A DNA stretch of 63,290 nucleotides, filler included, from Hausera hauseri (GCA_046269625.1; 12 parts of 12 records of this genome joined end to end with filler, not necessarily neighbours in it); one strand, 5' to 3'. Numbered from the whole stretch's first letter, positions 1 to 13,260 are shown. Translations and numbers: made by a program. Notes: generated from the letters alone by a model not told the origin.

Positions 1-423
1 CGAAAACCAATCAATCGATTGAAATTCTAACTGCACATTCAGAGACAACAGAAAGTGCACTACCGATTGCACCCGGTCCCGCACCCTATTGATCCATTTT
101 TAAAATCTCGAAAAGCCAATATTATTGATTTTTGCACACTTGCACATGCGCTGCACACTTGCAGTGTGCACCAATCGATGCACCTTGATGTGCTCTATCG
201 ATTAGCACAAAGTGCTAATCGATTCGATCAATAGTGCACTGTGCAGCGATCGATAAGTGAAAAGTGCAAAAGTGCCCTTAGCAACGGTGCCTGGCGGCAC
301 CGTTGCTAGGCACTTTATGTATCGATAGTGCACAATGTGCACTATCAATCGGCACATGTGCAAAATCGATTTATCGATTATCTCCCCCCCGTGGTGGCGC
401 ACAAAGTCCATTTTCCCCCTACT
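1..423 (-). repeat. Dispersed hairpin-rich repeat 'A' (probable Polinton-type TIR; terminus AGTAG at 423)
   Basis: Perfect stems at 197-223, 279-308 and 324-346. Related copies at 12100-12620, 13603-13815, 13869-14482, 16953-17180 and 63159-63290. Reverse strand begins AGTAGGGGGAAAATGG. Confidence 0.75.
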
Positions 424-3400
424 CCTTCTTATCATCTGCATTCTTTTCTGTTTGTGACTCTACTGCCTTCTGACAATCTGCATCCTTTTCTCTTTGTGTC
501 TGTACTGCATTATGATAATCTGCATCCTTTCCGTTTATGTCTATACTGCCTTCTGACCATATGGGTCCTTTTCTACTTGCCTCTGTACCGCACTCTTATA
601 ATCTGCATATTTTTTTGTTTGTGTCTGTACTGTTTTCTAACAATCTGCGTCGCTTCTGTTTGTATCCGTACTGCATTCTAACAATCTGCATCTTTTCTGT
701 TTATGTCTGTACTGCCTTCTGATTATGTGCATCCTTTTCCGTTTGTTTCTGTGCTGCGTCCTGACAATCTGCATCCTTTTCCGTTTTTCTCTGTGCTGTC
801 TTCTGACCACTGCGTTTTTTACTATTTATGTCTGTACGAAATTCTGACAATCTGCATCATTTCTGCTGTGTATGTACGGCATTCTGATAGTCTGCATCCT
901 CTCTGTTTTTGCCTATACGGCATCATGACAATATGCATCTTTTCTACTTGCATCTGTACTGTCATCTGATAATCTGCATTTTTTTACGTTTGCGAATGTA
1001 CTGACTACTGATAATCTGCATCCTTTTCTCTTTACGTCTATACTGCTTTCTGAACATCTGCATCCTTTGCTGTTTGTGTCTGGGCTGCCTTCTAACAATC
1101 TGAATCTTTTCTGTTTGTGTCTGTACTGCATTGTGACCATACGCATCCTTTTCTATTTGTGCCTGTACTGCAGTCTGATAATCTGCAACCTTTCTGTTTA
1201 TGACTATACTGCCACCTGAAAATCTGCATTCTATCTGCTTGTGTATGTATTTTATTCTGACCATCTGCATCCTCTTCCTTTTGTGTCCATAATGCTTTCT
1301 GATAATATGCATCCTTTTACCTTTGTGTCTGCACTGCATTGTGACAATCTTCAACCTTTCCCTTTTTGTATATATTGCCCTCGGATAATCTGCATCCTTT
1401 CTCTTTGTGTCTGTACTGCCTTCTGACAATCTGCATCGTTTTCTATTTGTATCTCTACTGCGTTCTTACAATCTGCATCCTTTCTGTCTATATATATATT
1501 GCCTTCTGATAATCTGCATCCTTTTCTATTTGTGTCTGTACTACCTTCTGAAAATCTGCATTATTTCTGTTTGTGTACGTACTGCATTCTGACAATCTGC
1601 ATCATTTCCGTTTATGCCTATACTGCCTTCTCAAAATATGCATCCTTTTGTACTTGCCTCTGTACTGTCATCTGATAATCTGCATCTTTTTTTGTTTGTG
1701 TATGTACTACATTCTGACAATCTTCATCCTTTTATCTTTGAGTCTGTAAGGCCTTCTGACAATGGGCATCCTTTCCTATTTGTGTACATACTGCCTTCTG
1801 ACAAACTGCATCCTTTTACTTTTGCGTCTGTGCTGCCATCTTACAATCTACATCCATTCCTGTTTTGTCTGTACTGCATTCTGACCACTGCATCCTTTAC
1901 TATTTCTGTCTGTACTACCTTCTGACAATCTGCATCCTTTCTGTTTGTGTACGTACTGCATTCTCAAAATCTGCATCCTTTTCTGCTTGTTTGTACTGCC
2001 TTCTGACAATCTGCATCATGTTCTGTTTGCGTCTGTCTTGCCTTCTGAAAATCCACATCCTTTTATGTTTGTGTCTGTACTGCCTTCTGATAATATGTTT
2101 CCTTTCTGTTTATGTCTGTGCTCTCTTGGGACCATCTGCATCCTCTTCTGTTTGTGTCCGTATTGCTTTCTGACAATATGCATCCTTTTCAGTTCGTGTC
2201 TCTACTGCATTCAGGCAATTTGCATCATTTCTGTTTGTATCTGTACTGCCTTCTGACCATCTGCGTCCTATACTATTTGTGTCTGTACTACATTCTGACA
2301 ACCTGCATCTTTTCTCTTTGTGTATGTACTGCCTTCTTACAATGTGCATCCTTTTCAGTTTGTGTATGCACTGCAATATGACAATCCTATTCCTTTCTTC
2401 TTGGGTCTATACTGCATCCTGACCTTTTGCATCCTTTCAGTTCATATCTGTACTGCCGTCTGACAATTTGCATTTTTTTCTCTTTGTGTCCCTACTGCCT
2501 TCTGATCATATGCATCCTTTTTCGTTCGGCCCTGTACTGCATTATGACAATCTCCATCCATCTGTTTGTGTATATGGTGCCTTCTCACAATCTGCATTCT
2601 TTCTGTTTATATCTGTACTGCCTTCTGATAATCTAAAACCTTTTCTCTTTGCGTCTGTACTGCCTTCTGACTATCTGCATTCTTTTCTGTTTGTGTCTGT
2701 ACTGCCTTCTTACCATATGCATCCATTTCCGTTTGTTTCTGTACTGCATTCCGATGATCTGCATCTTTTTCTCTTTGTGTATATACTGTCTTCTGAAAAT
2801 CTGCATCCTTTACTCTTTGTGTCTGTACTGCCTTATTACAATCTGCAGCCTTTCTGTTCATACCTGTTCTGCCTTCTTACAATATGCATCCTCTTCTCTT
2901 TGTGTCCGTACTGACTTCGAAATATCTGCATACATTTCCGTTCGTGTCTGTACTGCATTCTGAAAATCTGCATCCTTCTCTTAGCGTATATGCTGTCTTC
3001 TGATAATCTGCATAATTTTTGTTTATATCTGTACTGCGTTCTGACAATCTACATCTTTTTCTGTTTGCGTCTGCACTGCCTTACGAAAATCTCACTGATT
3101 TTCTCTTTGTGCCTACACTGCCTTCTGTTTATATGCATCCTTTCTCTTTGTGTCTCTACTGCCTTCTTACCATCTGCATCCTTTTGTGTTTGTGTCCGCA
3201 CTGCCTTCTGACAATCTGCATCCATTCCTGCTTGTGTCTGTACTGACTTCTGACAATCTGCATTTTTTCTGTTTGTGTCTGTACTCTCTTCTGAACACCT
3301 GCATTTTGAAAATCTGCATCCTTTTATAATTGCGTCTGCTCTACACTCTTACAATCTGCATCCCTTTCCTTTGTGTCTCTACTGCATTCTACAATCCTCG

Positions 3401-5750
3401 TCCTTTGTCTTTATGTATATGCTGCCTTCTGTCCATATGCATCCTTTTCTACTTGCGTCTGTACTGCCTTTTGCTAGACTACATCTTTTTCCTTTTGTGC
3501 CTGTACTGCCTACTGATCATGTGCATCCTTTCCCCTTTGTGCCTGTACTGCATTCTGAAAAACTGCTTCCTTTTCTGTAAGTGTCTTTGCTGCCTTCTGT
3601 CCATCTGCATCTTTTTCAGTTTGTGTCTGTACTGCATTCTGACAATTTGCATCCTTTATTTTGTGTCTGTATTGCATTCTGATAATCTGCATCCTTTCTG
3701 TTTATATATGTACCGCCTTCTGACAATCTGCATACTTTTCTATTTGTGTCCGTACTACCGTCTGACAATCTTCATCCTTTCTGTTTTTGTATGTGCTGCC
3801 TTCTGACTATCTGCGTACTTTTCAGTTTGTGTCTGTGCTAATTATGACAATATGCATTCTTTCTTTTTGTGTCTGTACTGCATTATGAACATCTGCAACC
3901 TACCCTTTGTGTATATACTGCCTTCTGACAATCTGCATCCTTTCCGTTTATAAATGTATTGCCTTCATTCTGCTGCATCCTTTTTAGTTTGTGTCTGTAC
4001 TCTCTTCTGACCATCTGCATCTTCTTCTGTTTCTGTCCGTACTGCTTTCTGACCATCTGCATCCTTTTCAGTTTGTGTCTGTACTGCCTTCTGGCCATAT
4101 GCGTCCTGTTCTATTTGTGGCTGTGCTACATTCTGGCAATCTTCGTCCTTTGTGTTTTTGTATGTACTGCTTTCTGATAATCTGCGTCCTTTTTAGTTTG
4201 TGTCTGTACGGCATTCTGACTATCTGCATCTTTTTTCTTTTCTGTCTTTACTGCCTTCTGACAATCTTCATCCTTTCTGTTTATATCTGTACTGCCGTCT
4301 GACCATCTGCATCCTTTTCAATTTGTGTCTGTGAAGCATTCTGAACATATGCATTCTTTTCAGTTTGTGTCTATACTGCATTCCGTTCATTTTCATCTTT
4401 TCTGTTTGTGTCTGTACTATATTCTGACAATCTTCATCCTTTCTGTTTTTGTATGTACTGCCTTCTGACCATCTGAATCCTTTTCTATATGTGTTTGTAT
4501 TACCTTCTGACAATCTGCATCATTTCTCTTTGTGTATTTACTGCCTTCTAACTATCTGTATCCTTTTCAGTTTGTGTCTGTACTGCATTCTGACAATCTG
4601 CATACTTTGCTTTTGTGTCTGTACTGCATCCTGGCAATCTTCGTCCTTTCTGTTTGTGTCTGTACTGCCTCCTGACAATCTGCATCTTTTTCTCTTTGTG
4701 TCTATACTGCGTTCCTACCATCTGCTTACGTTTGTGTATTTACTGCATTCTTTTAACCTTGTGACAAATGGAAATTTGATATAAGATTTTGCCTCATTTG
4801 CCCTACTAACTTCCTCTTTTCTTCCCTCAAATTCACTATAATCATACCCTGTTCATCCTTTTCTCTTTGTGTCTGTACGGCCTTCTGATGATCTGCATTT
4901 TTTCTGTTTATATTTACACTGTCTTCTGACAATCTGCATTCTTCCTCTTTGTGTCCGTGCTGCCTTCTGACCATCTGCATCCTTTTCAGTTTGTGTCTGT
5001 ACTGCATTCTGGCAATCTTCGTCCTTTCTGTTTGTTTCTGTACTGCCTTCTGATCATCTGCATCTTTTTATGTTTGTGTCTTTTCTCCCTTCTTGCAATC
5101 TGCATCCTTTCTGTTTTTGTATGTACTCCCTTCTGGCCATCTGCATCCTTTTCGATTTGTGTCTGTTCTACCTTCTGACAATCTGCATCCTTTTTTGTGT
5201 GTGTACTGCATTCTGACAATCTGCGTCCTCTTCTGTTTGTGTCCGTGCTGCCTTTGACCATATGAATCCTTTTCCGTTCTTGCCTGTACTGCATTATGGC
5301 AATCTGCGTCCTTTCTTTTTGTGTATGTACTGCATTGTGACAATCTGCATCATTTTCCGTTTGTTTCTGTACTGCCTTTTAACAATCTGTATCCTTTCTG
5401 TTTATATCTGTACTGCATTCTGACAATCTGCATCCTCTTTTGTTTGTGTCCGTACTGCCTTCTGACCATATGCATCCTTTTCCGTTCGTGTCTGTACTGC
5501 ATTATGGCAATCTGCGTCCTTTCTTTTTGTGTATGTACTGCATTGTAACAATCTGCATCTTTTTCCTTTTGTATCTGTACTGCCTTTTTATACTCTTTAT
5601 CATTCTGTCTGTGTATATGCTGCCTTCTGGCAATCTGCATCCTTTCTCTTTATATCTGTACTGCCTTCTGACCACTGCATCCTTTTTAATTTGTGTTTGT
5701 ACAGTTTTTTGTCCATCTGCCTCCTTTTATGTATCTGCTGCCTTCTTTTG
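424..5750 (-). repeat. Tandem array of ~42-bp units (~125 copies; some 41-bp units)
   Basis: Approximate consensus TGACAATCTGCATCCTTTTCTCTTTGTGTCTGTACTGCCTTC. The ORF track shows 14-aa periodicity. One minus frame reads DADCQKAVQTQREK. Confidence 0.95.
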
Positions 5751-6071
5751 ACCTTGTGACAAATGGGAATTTGGTATGAGATTCTGCCTCATTTGCACTA
5801 CTAACTTCCTCTTTTTTTCCCTCAAATTCACTATTATCATACCCTGTTCTTGATCTTTTCCCCTTAACGCATCCACCTGCCGCATTATCTGTTACATTTC
5901 CTTCTCTTTTATTTCACTAATCGCTCTTGCACCTTTCTGCCTCTCTTTTATCTGCACCTCAAAAAGATTTTTAAAATTTACGTGCAACCTGCCTTCTCTA
6001 ACGTCATCCATTTTTATCGACTCTATACTTTCATTGGGATCAGTTTCTTCCTCAAACGGATACAGCGCCAT
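424..6071 (-). pseudogene. Decayed gene: charged/coiled-coil N-terminus followed by 14-aa KAVQTQ repeats
   Basis: From the ATG at 6071: MALYPFEEETDPNESIESIKMDDVREGRLHVNFKNLFEVQIKERQKGARAISEIKEKEM*QIMRQVDALRGKDQEQGMIIVNLREKKRKLV..SQGQKKAADT*KEADGQKTVQTQIKKDA. This runs in frame into the array. Confidence 0.6.
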
Positions 6072-6659
6072 TTCTGTTCTATTCTGCTTTCAATACGTAT
6101 TTTTTCCTGAGTATTATTTCTTTCCTGAGTCTTATTATAACATTGTCGCATTATATTAGTCTTAACAAAACTATAACATACACACACACGAATATTGTCA
6201 TAGACATTTTATGTCTTTAACTAAACAACATAATACATTTTGTCAAATAACATAAGACTTAATAAAACTATTTATCTCACATTTATAATATTGTCTGTAA
6301 CACAATATATAAAAAACAGTATTATACCTTTCTTGTTATATTATTTTTTATTAAACCTGTATATAACATATAAATCATTATTAAAACTAAATAACACAAA
6401 CTAATAAAAATTTATTCCAAACTAAACATTATGTGCATTAGCACTGATTCTACATGCTCCACGCACTGTAAATCTCCTTCTCCGTTGTAAATAGAGAAAT
6501 ATAAACTAATTCTACCACACTGCGGACACTTTGAGTTTTGTTGTATCCACTGCCTTATGNNNNNNNNNNNNNNNNNNNNNNNNNNNNNNNNNNNNNNNNN
6601 NNNTTAATTAATTAANNNNNNNNNNNNNNNNNNNNNNNNNNNNNNNNNNNNNNNNNNNN

Positions 6660-9600
6660 GAATACGGGCTATAGCCCATCAATAATAAGGAAGCAAAAGG
6701 GTTGATCAAGATCACCACTGAAAGGAAAAAAGCGGGAAAAACCGAATTTCAAGGCATTGACGTAATAGATGTCTCGAACCTGAACACTCCAGATGTGGAG
6801 CTTACAGAAGTTCCGGATACTGCAAGTATCATCACAATAGTAGAGGACGCGAACAATGAAATGAACGAGATATTTCCACTTCCGGAGAGCGAAAACAAAA
6901 TTGAACGCACGGAGCGAATTAAGAGACTCGACGGAAAAGTATGGCGGATCAACAAGTCATGGAAAAATGCAGATAAATTAAAAGGGATTAGGACAGCTGC
7001 AACAGACCCAGAGACAATACGGCGCAACCTAAAGGAACTGGAGCATATAAAAACTCAAATAGATGTGTCTGGAAAGGAACAACAGTTCGCTGAGAGAATG
7101 TATAAATAATTCAAAGGGTACCTTGAGGAAGACGTTAGAAGGGAAAAAGAACTATAAGAACCGGACGAAGCTATTGAGATATCAGTTAAAGGATGGATGA
7201 CAAAACTAGACTCGTGGACAAAAAGCGGAATCGATTTCACTGACACATGGAATAACGAAGTGATAGGGATAAAGAGTAATGTGGCAACTGCCGAAGCATT
7301 ACTAAAGACATTAGACGCGGATCCAAAACAGAAGAGAACAAGGCGAAATTTAGAGAAGTTAATGGTAGAAATAGAGGATGCAATGATATATCACCTCAAG
7401 AATAAGGTGATAAGCGTACTAGATGAGAACGAATTCGTAATACTAGGAATAAAACACGTAGACGCTCCTCTCGTAATGGAAATGTGCAAAATCGCGTTCA
7501 GTGCGCCCAAGGAATATGCGGATGTATAATACGCTGCATAACCTCCCAAGATGAAAGACGCTCTGAAGTTTACAGATGTAAGAATAAGATAACAAAAATA
7601 GACAATCAAGAAACGCAAAACGTAGTGAAAGCGTGTAATATGAAACTGGACGAATATAAGAACGAAGTTAATTACGTTAAAGGAGAAATGGACTATATCA
7701 AAGGTCCGCATGACAAGTTAAATGACGCCTATGAGAGATTAGAAAAAGGGATATATGCAAAGCCGATGATAGATAACCAACTGAAAGAATGGATCGATTT
7801 ACTAGACAGATCGGCAGATTTAACGAAATATCGTTTAAGGAAATATTCAGAAAGTGAGCCAATATCTAAACAACAACTAAAGGAAATACTCCGTCATCTA
7901 GGCGCATTAAAAACAGAAGCAAAACTTCGAGTTGAATTTAACGCTTATTAAGATCAAAATTTATGAGCAAAAACCAGGAACGAAAACTCATAGAAGAATT
8001 ATATACGATGATCGGAGAAATGGAGTTATCGGCGAGAAAAGAAAAAATCTCTCTTTCTACATAATTAAAGCACATCCGCCTAGAAGGTGTACGACAATTG
8101 ACAACATCATCATGCGTGCGAATAGGCAGTAGGCACCAACCAGAATTATCATGCCAAATGGATTGAACTAACGAAGTACTGTCGACACACACCAGAAGAG
8201 GTTAAGTTCCTAAAGAGACTGATCGACAAAATAGATACAAATTCATAAACCTTGAATAAAATGCGCGAATTAATTTCGTTGTTATCCACCATGGCAGAAA
8301 TAGATGATGACAAGACACGACAGTTGACAACCCAAGTTAGAGACATAAAAGAACTGCGAATTCACACAAAGCGGAGAGCTACAAAGTTAGGTGAACTAGA
8401 TAAGGAATTAAAGATCTATAGTAATAAATATAAGTTTACGCGATCAGAGATAACAAATAACAAGGAGTTTTCACAAAGATGGCTAATGGATGTAACTACC
8501 GAATTAACGGATTATGAAAGAAAAGGGATGCGCCCTGCGGATAAACTAGGACCGACATTAAAATCGGTACAAATTGCTTGCGGAAATGAAATAGAGTTTC
8601 GGACCGACTTAATGAAAGAGATTCAATTGAGATTAAACGAAATTCGCGTGAATGTGAAAAATGCAGACGCAGTTTATCTAGACTATGGACTTCCAGTCGC
8701 CGCAGACGATACAGGATGAGACGCTTAATTGGAAGATATGTATAACCGAGATCTAAGAACATCCATCCAACTCCAACAATTGGACACATTCCCAGTGAAC
8801 CGACGATTCAATGTGGAGATGCTCTTAGATCGCGCATTAGCCGAAAAAGACCTAATTGGACAAGTTAACGTAAGTATGACCGAAAACAAACTAAGATAAT
8901 TAATTCCTACGTTAACTAAATTACCAAGCGAAAATGCTGGTTATAGTTCAGTTACCAGATTATTGATAAAGAAATACACCGAATTCTTGATGACTAAAGA
9001 CGAAACGACGATTAAAGTAAAAATATCAGCCTAAGGGATGGAAGAAAGAGAAATCGAATGTACCACAGAAACCTCAGTTAGAGAAGTTAATCAATGGATA
9101 GTGCAAAATAATAGTAAGGACGGAGTAAATTATCGATTATACTTCCGAGGCAGGATACTGGATGAATCCGAACTACACAGGGACGTTGGAATTATTCCAG
9201 AGGAATCAAATAGTATAGTGTCCATAATCAACGATGAACAAACAAAAGACGAGGCCATAAGAAAAGCAAGAGATGAACATTGCGTAGGACGCATTATCGG
9301 AGTTTAAGACCCTGATATGTATTTCGACTATCTCCAAAGCGAGGAAGATAATGAACAATACGATAAAAATTTAGTGCCGCTCAGTAAAGCAATACCAACT
9401 GTGCCGAAACAGAAACGACCAGTTGGCAGACCAAGAAAGGTAAGAAATAAAGATGACCATAACGTAACCTTAATCCGAGAACTAAGACAATTGTCAATGC
9501 CAGCAATTAACTCAGATAGTGAATAATTGAACGAATTGCTAAGAAACCTTATAAGAATAGTGAATTATTCGGGACTAAGAAATACATACAAACGGAAAAG

Positions 9601-9948
9601 AAAAGGACAATATACAACGTTGCAAGAATAATAAGAATATCTGGATTCAAAATGCATAAAAGCACCTTATCCGATGAAGCCTTAATTAAGGAAATTATGG
9701 TTGAGAATACTAAAGAAGAATTGTGGAATGTGATATTGTACTTAGCGATAAAAAGAAACTTATTACGGGAAAACGAATTCAATAGAACTATTGGGTTATT
9801 CCGGGAGGCCACCAGGAAAATACCAAGGGATATAAATTGGTTAAGATTATTTAACGACGAAAAGGAAAACAGGCCGACCGCTAGAATTGCAGACGTGGTG
9901 AGAGACTTAATACCACCCAATGCAGCACGAAATGGTGAATCGAGTTGG
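6660..9948 (+). pseudogene. Long decayed reading frame(s): coiled-coil region, ubiquitin-like domain, AT-hook
   Basis: Chain of co-oriented intronless ORFs; those starting at 7484, 8252, 9038 and 9317 share one frame. Ubl-like TIKVKISA*GMEEREIEC..SVREVNQWI..YRLYFRGRILDE..DVGI (~9008-9235). AT-hook RPVGRPRK (~9416-9440). Confidence 0.6.
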
Positions 9949-11893
9949 ATGATTAAACTAATAACGCGTATGATGTTAATAAGACAACTCGGTGCGATTA
10001 CGGTATATGATTGAGATAAGTTTATAATAGGTCAAAAATATTTCCTAATGGATCTGGAACTATGCGAATACGCCAGACCTCATAAGGTAGTAACCATCGA
10101 AAAAAATATTTCTTGTATCAGCAACGCGAACTAATCGCAATAGATGGAACAGAGTGCATGCTACGATGATCGCGAAGTATTTTCCATTGAGGAAATATTC
10201 ACGGACATTCATCGATGGTAAAACCAACAACATCATTAATCCCTATGGACTTAGATCGACAACAATGCAAACAAGCCAAGGAAACCGGAAGATGGAGATG
10301 GGACGGGATGTAGTTAGAAGCCCAACCTGGAAAAATAATTCGGGTATACAAAGTGGCAGTGGGTAGATTGGATTTGCATACAAAATACTGTAACGGGGGT
10401 GAATATGACACGGGGAAAGGAAAAGAAGGAGGAATAGTATTCGATTTCTACAAGACAAAAATGAGAAACAAAAAGGTAATGTTCCATAGTGTTACGAAAA
10501 CCTATACCGAAAACCAGAAGTGTCACATTCAAAATAGTGACTGTCCCTTCAGGAACTCAATAATTATTTGGATTCCACCACCCTTAAATGACTACAACTT
10601 TATCAGAATAAAAGAAATAAATTTTAATGAAACCACGAGAAAAAGATATGTGGACACAACTGACAGTAATGCCGGGTCAACGAAGGACGTGGCCGAGCAA
10701 CCCACCCCCACAATGCTAATATCCGAGGACCACGGGTTAAAATTTATTAAAAACAAAATGCTTTCGCGATGTAATGTAGTGATGTGTGCCAGCAATTATG
10801 ATGCATTCTTTATAACAGAAGCTGCAATAACTACTTTCGCTCTAGAAACACAAGACGTAAGAATAGAAGAATGTTTAAAGAATAAAGACGATTATTGTTA
10901 ATGCAAAGGGCAAATTGGATTAGCGGAAATATATTACAAAGTGATTGCGAATGAATGTAAATTGGATATAGAAATCATGTGGACCAAACTGGCCTTAACC
11001 TACGCAAATCTGGAACTAGCATCATCCGTTATTCCAATGAAAGAAGGTGTTTTCGGAAGAGTCACTGGGGAAGTCCAGTTAACTTATGAATGCGAAAAAC
11101 GGGACGTATCTATAAACATAGAAGAAAAACGTTGTATGCAAGAATTGCCGGACCTATACCAGAACGTACCTCAATTGGCTATGCCACTTACGAGAATCTT
11201 ATTGGAAAACTCAACGCGCCGAACGATCTTAAAAGAATGTAAAGCCGGTTTAGGGCAGCCTGTGTTTAGGAGAGGTGAAACAGACTGTATGAGTCTACCG
11301 AATGGAGGGATAACCGCTGAGCCCAGCAAATTAACTGGGACAAACTTGCTAAAGGGTATAACGGACGACAAGTTCACCAACACCTCAAGTAAAGGGATTT
11401 GCAAGCCAAAGGAAATTGAGGCTTTTAGGCATTTCCTAGCTTTTCCACGACAACGTACACATGAATTAAACAGAGCCATGTCGACGGTAGTGGATGACAC
11501 TTGTTATCAGGCAAAATGGGAATCCCCACTTGGCGTTAATCATTATCAAAGATTTGATACAGAAATTTTCGGACAAGCTGCATCTGGATTGTTGGCTATC
11601 TACTTTTTAGTGCAACTGATAAATGTCACAATTTAGTCCGTTATTAATGGCTATGAAATATTTACCCTAACTGGATTTTCATGTAAAATCTTAACCACAA
11701 TTAAAACATCCTTTGGAAAATTTTTAAAAGCTTATGAAAAGAATAAATGGAAAAGCGACGCTGAGAGGCATTCTGGTTATTACAATCGTAAACGGAAGAG
11801 AAATATAAAACTACGAAGGAACGATTCAGATGATGATGTACCTAAGGGAGGAGACAGATTCTCCAAGATACACAACCATAAGTCACACACGAC
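9949..11893 (+). pseudogene. Chuvirus-type (Jingchuvirales G / Anakin env-like, class III gB-like) glycoprotein, decayed
   Basis: Hydrophobic leader plus ITVYD* (YDC motif). GVFGRVTGEV..YEC..V..RCMQELP..Y....MPLTRIL..C. C-terminal FGQAASGLLAIYFLVQLINVTI*SVINGYEIFTLTGFS resembles the TM/GY..GWS region I recall for this family. Contains stops and frameshifts. Confidence 0.8.
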
Positions 11894-11999
11894 TGTGAGG
11901 ATATAATTGATAACAGAAGTTTTGAATTTAAATCAGATACAATTTTAAATTTAAATTAAGATTATAATTTGGAGTAATGTAAAAAATTTAATTAAAATT
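11894..11999 (+). mobile_element. Start of an LTR of the same Gypsy family as 38182-38348
   Basis: TGTGAGGATATAAT..; 49 of the first 59 nt match the reverse complement of 38290-38348. No PPT immediately upstream. Confidence 0.75.
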
Positions 12000-12899
12000 N
12001 NNNNNNNNNNNNNNNNNNNNNNNNNNNNNNNNNNNNNNNNNNNTTAATTAATTAANNNNNNNNNNNNNNNNNNNNNNNNNNNNNNNNNNNNNNNNNNNNC
12101 TGTGCACTACCGATCGGCAGTGTGCTAGGCGACGGTGCTGCCAGGCACCGTTGCTATGCACATTTTTGCACATTTCACAAATCGATCGCTGTACATTGCA
12201 CAATTGATCGAATCGATCGGGACAAATTGCACAATTAGTGCACAATTCAGGTGTGCTGCACATGTGCAATTGTGCAAAAATTAATAATATCGGTTTTTCG
12301 ATATTCCCACTATTGATGATTTGCACCCGACACGGGTGCACACATGATGCACTGTGTGAATGTGCAGTTAGAATTTAAATATATTTATTGGTTTTCGAAT
12401 AAATGCCAACCGAGGCAGACTTCCCATAGGTATTTCCGTTATAAAATGAAAATCAAGAATATCAATATGGCACATATACTGGCGGGTACAGTACTTGATG
12501 TACTATCGTTCAGTGAAATACTCGACTAAGTGTGCTCTTGATTCGGTTGCTAAGGCACTTTTTCACTTGTTACATATTTGTCACTGCGGCGTATGATTGA
12601 TGGAATCGATTGGGGTCAATGGGTGATTTTCAGGTAATTTATGGCTTACATAAGTTATGTGGGCACGGTAGGTAAAAATACATGTAATATATAGGCAAAG
12701 CATGGGTTACATAAGCAGGAATATATCAGGATTATAATGAATAGGGATGGAATATATTGAGGGAATATACCAAAATAATAAGGACTAGTGAGGCAATATA
12801 TCAGTAATATGGGGAATACATAGAGGGAATATACCAAGATAATGAGGATTAGTGAGAGAATATACCGCCCAAGGATGGCTTTTGTAGCCAGCTATCGGA

Positions 12900-13260
12900 C
12901 TGTGATATCAGTAATGAAGACTACCAACATGTTCAGAACATCTGACATGCATTCCAATGCAGGACAATAGGGGAATAAAACAATATTTACCTCAAGACGG
13001 ACGTGCTGACAGATATCTTTGAGAGATTCAGGGATGTTACAATGAAGAGCCATGCTTTGGATCTAGCTCACTTCTTTACGGCTCCAGGGATGATTTGGAC
13101 AGCTATGCTGAGATATACCGTCGTAAGGCTGCAGATCATTAACGATTACGACATGATCCTTATGATCAAGAGAGGCATTAGAGGTGGAATATGCCAGGCC
13201 ATTCATCGGTATAGCGAGACCAACAACAAATATATGGCCCAGTATGATCCATCCAAGGAC
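12900..13260 (+). pseudogene. Protein-primed DNA polymerase B fragment (Polinton)
   Basis: YLKTDVLTDIFERFR..LDLAHFFTAPGMIWTAML..IKRGIRGGICQAIHRYSETNNKYM. Confidence 0.85.

Noticed and set aside
328-5759. Dozens of Cys/Leu-rich plus-strand ORFs
   Set aside because: These are translations of the 42-bp array. Only one minus frame connects to a unique leader.
6560-6659. N-run with TTAATTAATTAA (11 such linkers)
   Set aside because: Artificial contig spacer with stops in all frames. ORFs containing X and cross-linker gene neighbourhoods are artefacts.
12660-12870. GGAATATAC-containing short repeats
   Set aside because: Irregular degenerate minisatellite inside the Polinton relic; no further structure can be supported.
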